NCBI RefSeq assembly: GCF_026571515.1
Contig: NW_026853973.1
Location: forward strand, 434,001 to 498,000
Length of the DNA stretch: 64,000 nt
Reading direction: 5' to 3'
Source: Ruditapes philippinarum
Lineage: Eukaryota
Shown: positions 54,603 to 64,000 of the stretch, one piece after another
Layout of the letters: every line of letters starts with the position of its first letter
Position numbering within the stretch: position 1 is the stretch's first letter
Position numbers and translations under genes: made by a program
The notes under the pieces: generated by a model
Database searches by the model: none
What the model saw: only the letters and a program-made list of their open reading frames with translations
Told to the model about the DNA's origin: nothing

Positions 54603-57600
54603 ATGAAATTATTAAAACCATATTATTCTAAATTCAGGTTTGTAACCCTTATTATTTCGACGCTAACTGTTGATTAACATAGATGTAAATAATCATGGAG
54701 CTTACTATAAGCATGTTTATCTATAAAGAATAAAACAATATTAGAAATCTTAGACCATTCGGGAACTATTTTGTTTGAAAATTAATGCGCCTGTCATTTG
54801 ACCATCTTTACGCAGTGATCTCCCCTGAATTTTTCGGCGTAAGTATACATATAAAGGGAAGTTACCGCTTCAAAAATGCGGACTACTTTCGGCATTTGCA
54901 ATTAACAGCATCAGGGTCTGAAATTTCGCTACCATTATTTGTTTGGTCTGACGACCCAAACAAATAAAAACGCAGAAAATATGAGTATGCAATGCAAATA
55001 ATAAACTGGCATATAACTAAAATAAATTCCAAAAATATTCTTTAGAAAGCAAATATTAAAATCAAAACAACAATTGACTTTATAGACAAAAAAGGTCTTG
55101 GGCTGAAACTGTCAATAATGCAACATTCACACCATCTGCTGATACTACTAAAGTAGAAAATAACAATGATATGTCTTCTTTGGCTTATCCATGGCTTCAT
55201 TGCCATTAAGTTGCTTAAGAAATATATACGTTAATAAAATTAATACCCATTGCTTCGTAAGGATAAACGTATAAGGCTTTATTCGGTGTTAACATAGGAA
55301 TATTCTTCTTGAGAAAATAAAATATGTCTCCCTGGTCCATTTATTTATGACTCTTATTATTTTATTACAACGTAGCACCAATGACATAAAATTATACAGT
55401 CAGGTGTGCCAAATATTAGGTAATGAATTTCTGATTTCAACAGTAATAAAAAACAGCATTTCTTTCTGGTTGGTTTGCATCAGCCAAATCTAGCTAAGAA
55501 CTATGCATATTATTCCTATATCTTCACAAAAATTCAAGTAATTTTATTGAATATACACTTTTACATAAAATTTCTGCCGATTGTATTTGACGGCTCATAA
55601 GGCAATGCCACCCGACTGTCAACGCCCAAGGTCACGATGGTGTTTCCCGATGTCAGCGACGTTACTTGGATTTCTGAAGTGTCGTGCATCCGTGCATCGC
55701 TTATAACTTCTCAAAATAACGCCCGTTACATGCAATATATCTTTGGTGTCGATAAGTTCATTGATTAGAAATGTTTTCGTACCACTCTTGACGACACATT
55801 TTGATAATTTACATCGTATTTATTTTAATGGAGAGAAAATGTTAAAAAATATCATTAAATACCACTGTATAATAAAAATATAACAATCTATAATTGGGGA
55901 GTATTAAACAACATAATTTGATAAATTAAAGTGAATGTTACAGACATAAGTACTGCCTTGTTGTAATATTGATACTCATTTTATATCAATGTTTTGACAA
56001 ATAAAGTATATTTGCAATCCTTACGTCTGTTACTATATTATTTTCTGTTTTCAGTACACAAGTAATAACCGGTGTACATGACACACTAAGAAATTGAAAA
56101 TGTGTTCAGATATTTTTGTCAGCAATACATAATTGAAAGGAGATTTTAAATCTTCCTTACATTTTACATAATTACATCTTCTTTATTGGAGAACATAGTG
56201 AATGTTTTTATCTTTATCTTACATGTGTTCCTATTTTTTGCAGGTTATCAAACTGATCATTCTTTTGTAAATGAAAGGATGAGAATTAGTTTATATTGTG
56301 AGTATTTTGTGCATGAATTCCGTTTTTTTACGAAATCATCACATTTTAAAACAATGCTATTTACAATCACGAAACCATTGTTTGTTTTTTTTCTGTTGAA
56401 TTTCTTGTAATTTTCAATGTGATAATTTAGAAAGCATCATTTTTTTTATCTAGAAGTGTTTTGATGTAATGACTTTTATTACATAGAATATCAACCATTT
56501 TATCATATTTTATCATAAATCCATGCACATAGTGATTCCAATAATATTGTTTAAATCATCGCCCATGTATTGGCAATATCTCTGACAGTCAGTACCTTTT
56601 TCAGATTGGAAAAAAGGCGACAAAATGTTCACTCATAAAGAATGATACACATCCAGACATGTCCAACATAATCCATATTTAAGAGGCATATGGTATCATA
56701 CATTATCTTAAAAAAAGAGTCCAGCATTATTCATTTGTCCCGACGGCGAATGGGTATTATAGAAACACTAATCATCACGACCAAGATTTACAATTTCAAA
56801 CAAACAAACATATAGCAACATCTACTTGAAACACCTTTGAAAAGTTTGTTTTCTTTGTTTATTCTTAGCCTATTCTGATATTTCAAAAAATTATGTTTTT
56901 AAATATATCTTTATAAAAATGTGTTTGATAATGATAACGTGTGAAGCAACTAGTAAAACAGGAGCAGGAAATTCAATGTTAGAAATACATTATTTTCAAG
57001 CATCATATATAAATTATTTAAGGCGACTGTTACTCACAACATTCATTCCGAAAATGAACAGACATTGTCTCCACAAAATCCTAACAAAACAGCAAGTTAA
57101 AAATTTGTTTCAATCACTTTTATAACAGTTCACACATACTAGTTCAGTATTTTTTCTAAAGCTTCAAATGCTCGTTTACAGTGTTTTTGAGATTATCAGT
57201 TAGGCTCTTTCTAATCTGCGTGAAACAACTGTGCGAATTACATGTCCCAAAACATCAATATAGCAAGACAGCAAATGTTATTTTCTCGACATCGTATAAT
57301 TGGTATACGTAAAACTTGTGTTTCGTCCTTGTAATTTGAAAATAATTCGTTGTAATAGTTCAATAAGCTTCGTTTTAATGCGTTATATCTATTCCGCATT
57401 TTAATAGAACGCATTTCTATTCAACAGACACTGAACTTACCAATCTTAATGACAAATCAAAGGGCTGCGAGCTCTGTGGTATTTTCTGATCTTTGCAATC
57501 TAAATCGTACTGTATATCTGTATGCATTTTCCTGTATAAGTTAATTTTGAAATTCTATAATTCATCTTGCAGGGCAGCGAGTTGCAGCGACTGCGTTTAG

Positions 57601-58699
57601 ATTTTTTGCCATAACAGTTTGAGTTTGAAACATACGGTTGAATGTCAGCATTGTATTTCTTGATCTGCGATCATAAAATACAAAAACGACTTATAGGACA
57701 CAGTATTTGTTACAAGTTCATTCAAACCTGTATATATGCTGAATTTCTACACAAATACTATACAGAAAAACGAAATGATATGTACAATTTTCAGATCAAG
57801 ATATTCTTAAAGTGGCGCTTTATAAATAAATGCTATCAATTAAAAATCTCTGTAAGATTATGTTGTGACAGTGTATTGTGCTAAAATATGCAGTAAATGA
57901 ATACATGCATGATAAATCTAGAGTAATTTAATGGAATTGTGATTCTTTTATTTCATATATAAGTTACACTATCAAGCTAAGTAACAGCTATGGGGAGATT
58001 TTTTAAAGTTTAAATCTTCTACGATTCAACATCATTGCTTTGAAACGAATTAACAAATCAATTACGACCGTTTCATAGATACAGCTGTTGTGATTCATCT
58101 ATAACTTATACATAAGGTGAATATAAATTAGAAAAAGTTAGTTAAAATTAAACAGCCACACTACAAAATTATGAGGCATCTCCGTGAAATTGTTGAACAA
58201 TGCTCAAATTAAAAGATACTCTATACAGTAGAAGCTTTAATATACATGACTTTTATAAAGGTATAGGTGCAACCTATTACTTTTTTGACACAAGTGCTGT
58301 TAAAGCTGCATGTTATATAATGCATGACTATCATTAAAGCAATAACACACAGTATGTTTGATCCTTTCCAAAAAAAAAGCAAACAGTTTTCAATTTTGTT
58401 TCAATTAGATATTTTCAGTCAGTTAGACTGAAAATATCTAATATAAGAAACATCGGATTACCTAGAAATTTGATATATTCCATTTACATTTTCAGCTTAT
58501 ATTAAATGGTTATTATACTCAATTTTATCTTTTGTTATATAATTGAATGGTTAAAAAGTTATTGTATAATTTAATATAATATTGTATTATTGTATTAATA
58601 TTTAGAGTATTATGTAATTCCTATATAGCAGACAAATTATTTATAAATCTTATTAGACCGTCTGATTTGAAGGACACATTAATTGGATTAAAATTTATT

Positions 58700-58933
58700 T
58701 GAGCCGTGTCACGACAAAACCAACATAATGCGTTTGCGACCAGCATGGATCCAGACCAGCCTGGGCATCCGCGCAGTCTGATCAGAATACATGCTGTTAG
58801 CTGTCAGTTTCTCCATTTGTAATAGAGTTGGTAAGCGAACAGCATGGATCCTGATCAGACTGCGCAGGTCAGGCTGGTCTGGATCCATGCTGTTCGCAAA
58901 CCCACTATGTTGGTTTTGTCGTGACACGGCTCA
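58700..58933. mobile_element. Complete palindromic MITE, third copy
   Basis: TGAGCCGTGTCACGACAAAACC...GGTTTTGTCGTGACACGGCTCA. Confidence 0.9.
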
Positions 58934-60504
58934 TTTGTATATTCTGTTTATCTAGCATTTTCTAATAAAACTTACTTGCACAAATAAATTGAGAAATAGG
59001 GATTCGATTGGTTGTGTTATGATTGTTGGCAAAGTTTTAATGATGATTAAAAATATAACACAATGCATATATTTTTATGTATAATCAACATTGTATCTAT
59101 GTTTTGTATAGATTAATATGAGCGTCATTAATATTATAATAAAAATATCAAGTTTCGATATACTAATCATCTTCATATTAGTTTAACTTACGTAATTTGT
59201 AGAAATCTCTTAATATGAAAAATGATGTCTCGTATTTCTATATTTCCTTTATGCCTATTTAACATTTGAAATCGAAAGTAAACTATAATTTCTCTATCAT
59301 TATTTTTTTTTATAAAAGTGCAGGCCTTTTTACAGATTTAGCTAGTATTTTGAAATTGCAATATTAAAGTACTTAACTTGCGCAGTCAACAATTTTCCAG
59401 GTTAAAATATGAGCCGACTGCACGGATAAACAAGCTATACTGGTGGCATACCGTGTAGGTCTTTTATTATCTCAACTATAAGAAACATATTTACAGGTTA
59501 AAGTCAAAGAGAATTATTCAATTGATAGAGACATACCTAGCATTTTAGCATGTAAGGTTATAAATGGATATAAATATAATGCGAAAAATTTGATTTGAGC
59601 AAATTAAGATTGCTTTCATTATAAACGTTTCACTTTTATCGAAACATTTGTGACCCAAGCGATATATTGTTTATAATTTCTCATTTCCATCCTAGTTTTG
59701 TATATAATTTTCTATAAAAGAGCATATTCACTGCGTTTCAAACAAAGGATTTTAATTTGTAATATACTATGCTGCACCAAGAATGATAAAAAACTGATAC
59801 ATAAAGTTATGATAATATCGTATTTCATGATTGAAATTGTAAATAAAAATTAAAAAAAAAGACCGAAAAATTCCTATGGTAACTGTACACAGTAAGAATA
59901 TGATTGCACAATATGCAAAATGTACGAAGGAGAGACAAATGAAACACAATTGAAAAGTGTTTTTAAAAACATTTTGGTATTTTCATCACTTTAAAGGAAG
60001 CATTTTTTCTGTCTCGTTTCACTGATATATAACTAATTTCTGAAAAACAGTTTTAATTATGTTTTAAAGTTGCCAATAGAAATCAAATTTGTAAGTATAC
60101 TAACTTCATACAGTATATTAACTATATCAATAAAAAATTAAATAAATTAAAATGTGATTCGAAGAAATAAAACTATTCAATAAATGTTGTATAAATACAA
60201 GTATTTATATCCACATTCATACAGGTATACTCATGATTGATGTGGATCCATTTAAATCAATGTAAATATCACGCCATTAGTAGATAGTTTGACAATTTTC
60301 TTCCCGTTCCTAATAGGATAAGATTCTAGACAGTAAATATATGAATGGCAAATTCAAATGACAAACTGACATTTATTTCTAAACAAAGATACATTAAAGT
60401 CATGATGAGCTGTATATAAGAGGCACCTGGGACAATACATTGTCTTTATAATACACTACATTGTGGTTCATGTGTCCCGACAGCTAATGGATATAAAAAT
60501 ACTA

Positions 60505-60796
60505 GCATAATAAAAATCTGGAAACAAAGTGATCCCTCGGAAGCATTAATCACAACAAAATCACATGGAAATTGCAGACTCGGTTTGATTGAGTCTGTAA
60601 ATGAGGGATAATGAATAAGTGCACCATCCCTCACGTCCCCTAGCACCGGCTTGAGCGGTACTCAATTCTTAACACTTAATAGTGCTGGTATCAATGATCC
60701 CGAAGGACCAGAAACATATAACAACACTGAAGTGAAGTACGGGGCAACTTTTTACAGCAGCCACACAGCACTTGACACCTGCTGTTGTGAAGTATA
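60505..60796 (-). ncRNA. Candidate structured RNA or ancient repeat, copy A
   Basis: Diverged inverted paralog of 61485-61785 with conserved hairpins, including TGGTCC-TTCG-GGATCA; family not recognised. Confidence 0.4.
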
Positions 60797-61484
60797 AAAA
60801 TCTTTACCCACGAATGCTTTTGATTTTTGTATCGGTATACTTATAAGTATATCTTTATCGTATTCAATAATACATAGTGTATATTTCTCGACTGCCACTT
60901 ACACTTATAAACAGCATGATGAATCTATGTTTATAAAATGATATACGTTTAATCGAGTATCTTGAAATTTACAAATTTAACTTTTTAGTTTATTTGATAC
61001 CGGTATAATGCATTCAGACAAGAAGCTGCTATGAAAGTCATTTTGGTTCATAACAAAATTATTCTGTTAATTAAGAAATTAATCAACCTGCCGATTATAA
61101 AATAGATCAAATAAATGAATTAGAGATAATTATATTGTTTGGAAAAAATATGTAAGTGAAGTAATTGATGTTGGTATATTATCTTATCTTTTCCGCGATA
61201 ATGAAGATAAAACGAAATGTGTACATGCATTATAAAACGCCATTGGCTTTATTCCTTTACTTTGCACCTCTCTTTCTTGTGTTGTTTTAAAATAACTCCT
61301 TGAAGATCAACATCAATTAACTCTCTGAGGAAAGAACACATGAAAGAGCCATCTAACATCTGGAAAAAGAACGTTCATAGTAAAAGAACGTTCATAGTAA
61401 GAACTACTATTATGCTTAAAACATTATTTCGGGAGAAATTTGAAATTTAAAAGGAAATGTCTGTAAAAAGTTTAATTGTTTGAC

Positions 61485-61785
61485 TTATTCTTCACAACAG
61501 CAGGTGTCAAGTACCGGTGGAAGCTTTAAAATTTACCCGTAATTTACATCAGTGTTGTTTTGATTTTCGTTGCTATATTTCTCTGGTCCGTCGGGATCAT
61601 CGATTCCAGCACATTAGTGTCGACTATTGAATACTGCTTAAGCCGGTGCTAGGGGACGTTAGAGATGTTGCACTTGTATATTATCTCTCATAAAAAACTC
61701 AATCAAACCGAATCTGTTACTTACAAAATTATTGATTTCGGTGCTTCCTAGGGAACACCACTTTTCCAGATATTTTTATATCATG
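61485..61785 (+). ncRNA. Candidate structured RNA or ancient repeat, copy B
   Basis: Shares blocks CTTCACAACAGCAGGTGTCAAGT, AAGCCGGTGCTAGGGGACGT and ACTCAATCAAACCGA with copy A; compensatory change in one stem. Confidence 0.4.
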
Positions 61786-63271
61786 CAATATGTCACTATG
61801 TTGTGAAAGAATGTCAGAAAAATCTAAAAACTTCTTAGGACAGATAGAATTAATAATATCAGCATTTTCTAAATATCTATCAGACAGCTCCATGATTGAT
61901 ATTTTTGAAGATATCTTTGGTCATAAGTTTTTTTGCTCAATCAGAATAAATCATTTCTGGAATTGTGCTTAAATATCTAGATCGCGATTTTTATGATACA
62001 TTAGTCCATATCTTATTTCTTGGTGTAGCTCAATAGTGAACCAAAATGATTTTTGTTATAGAACGAAACTATGTCAGGAATCTATGCAATGTTTTTCATT
62101 ATATTGTGAACATTTTCTTTTGTACATTGACTAGAACATCTAACCTTACTTTTTAACTGAAGTCATCAATAAGAAAGATTTAATAACATGGAAGTTATTA
62201 ATCTTTCAATCTCCTGTATTTTTTCCCGCATTTATTGCCCTCTCCATTCAAGTATGATTTCTCTTTGAAATTCTAACATGGTAACCTAGTGCACATTTAT
62301 TCGTAGATTCATTCCAAGAGAACTTGTCAACAAAACTGATTGTCGGACAAGATATTATTTTAGAAAATCATTTTCTCTGAGATATGTATATTTTTACAAA
62401 ATTCAAAGGTTGCTAATGTTTTTTCCTGTTATTTAGAGTTGTACATAGTTCATACATTGTAACTGTTTGGAAGAGGACCAACGTCCCCGACGGAAATGCA
62501 TTGGTTAAAATTAATAGTTTGTATAAGATAATAATAATGTAGCTGTGCCGGAAAGAAAAAGTACACGATACTGTATGTGATAATACAATGAAGAAATATT
62601 TCACTCAGGCTGGCGAATAGAACACTTTCTTTAAATAATTCAACATTAACTCAATCCGGAGGTATTAATCAAAATAACCCCACAAGAAGCGGTAGTGTTA
62701 AAGCATCATTTTCAAGTATCATACTGATAAGTGGTTGATAGGAGTATGACACTGATACTGGTACTGATAAAAATGATGACAGAGTTTCAATGGCAGCCGA
62801 AAGACTGCTTTACAAATGTCATGAAAGGCACATATTATGTATAAAAAAATGCATTCGTCAAATGTTTCTGTACGGAACGCTTTATTTTATCCCTTCAGTT
62901 CATGGGAATTATTTTCATGTAACACATATTTTTTTTTAAAAGAAGCAATTATTTTATTGCATTTAGTAAAATATAACAATTATCGTAATATAATATTTAT
63001 CTGATGTGTTTCATTACCTTTGTAATGAACATTGAAAATTTACAATGTTTTCTACAATTTTCTTTGTATCAAAATGTATTTAGTATTTTTTTTCTAAGTT
63101 ATATTTTTTAGAATCCTGCATTCTTGCCTATAAAATAAATATTCTTGACTAATTCCCTGCATGAAATATACAGACATGAACAGTCCACGAAATATTGAAA
63201 AAATAAAAACGATACAGCAAGTCATATGTTAACTATAATTAGAATAAAATAATATAAAAATGTAAAAAGAT

Positions 63272-63412
63272 CTTCCAGCTACCTTACGGAATGTCGGTTC
63301 TACTCCGGTGCCCGTTAGTGCCTGAAATAATGCACAGAGGGGCATCTGAGGTCTTCCTCCACCAGTTAAGTTGGAATATCGCCATATGACCTATACTGTG
63401 TTGGTGCGACGT
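63272..63412 (+). mobile_element. 5'-truncated tRNA-SINE copy
   Basis: Body and tail match 17754-18035 (GGCATCTGAGGTCTTCCTCCACCAG...TATGACCTATACTGTGTTGGTGCGACGTA). Confidence 0.8.
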
Positions 63413-64000
63413 AGTTTTAACAAAGACCTGCTTTCATTTTAGAGATGTCTTTAGACAACCAATTAAGAATTTTCTTACAGTTAAACGACCTATGATTTTA
63501 ATTGTATGTGAAATATGTAAAATTCCATTTTAATAAGGCGATATGTGTACCATTTTCTGAACAAAACAGAACCAATGTTGGCCAAAACAATGTATATTTC
63601 CACTAAATATACTGTAACATACATGTGTATGGTAATGTGTTTGACGCAAAATATAGCGAATGGTTTATTACTGAATCAACCTGTAAAATATATATCACAA
63701 AACGTTTATGGTAGAAAATTAACCAAATAATGAACATTATTTCCATTTGTTTGTGTTTCATATTAATCACACTTTTCTTATTCATTATATTCATGTGTTA
63801 TATTTTATTTCATTGTTATTATTCTTAATGAACGCCTAGTTCTCAGTCGCTTGGAATGATCAACAAATTTGTAAATCTAAAGGTGACAATGGTAACAGAA
63901 TGCTTTTTTTCCAAATCATTTCAAATGAGTACTTACAAATTGAAGCTTTTTATGCTAAAACACAAGCGATTACACAAATCAAACATGCACTGTGTTATAT

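Noticed and set aside
60446-60646. Protein-coding reading of the inverted pair (VLGDVRD.AL shared)
   Set aside because: Copy B has a stop after about 15 codons and frame-breaking indels; base-pairing explains the conservation better.

Overview
AT-rich eukaryotic DNA, most likely a bivalve mollusc (inferred from the SINE, MITE and Helentron-like repeats and the intronless TLR and IAP). 1-~19 kb holds the 3' six coding exons of TFIIA alpha/beta (GTF2A1, + strand) in a CpG-depleted gene body. That region also carries a 3.7-kb 37-bp minisatellite that looks like a CpG-decayed piece of a MITE, and several Helentron-associated (HINE/DINE-like) elements. 28-48 kb holds three co-oriented (- strand) immune-type genes: an intronless Toll-like receptor, a spliced trypsin-fold (NAL1-like) pseudoprotease missing from the ORF track as a whole gene, and an intronless BIR-UBA-RING IAP. 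Each has an open reading frame but has lost canonical functional residues. A decayed CR1/L2-group LINE and a 143-N gap lie among them. At 60.5-61.8 kb an unannotated head-to-head pair of ~290-nt paralogous elements conserves stem-loops, with one clear compensatory substitution (candidate structured RNA). All calls are by eye; no searches or folding were run.
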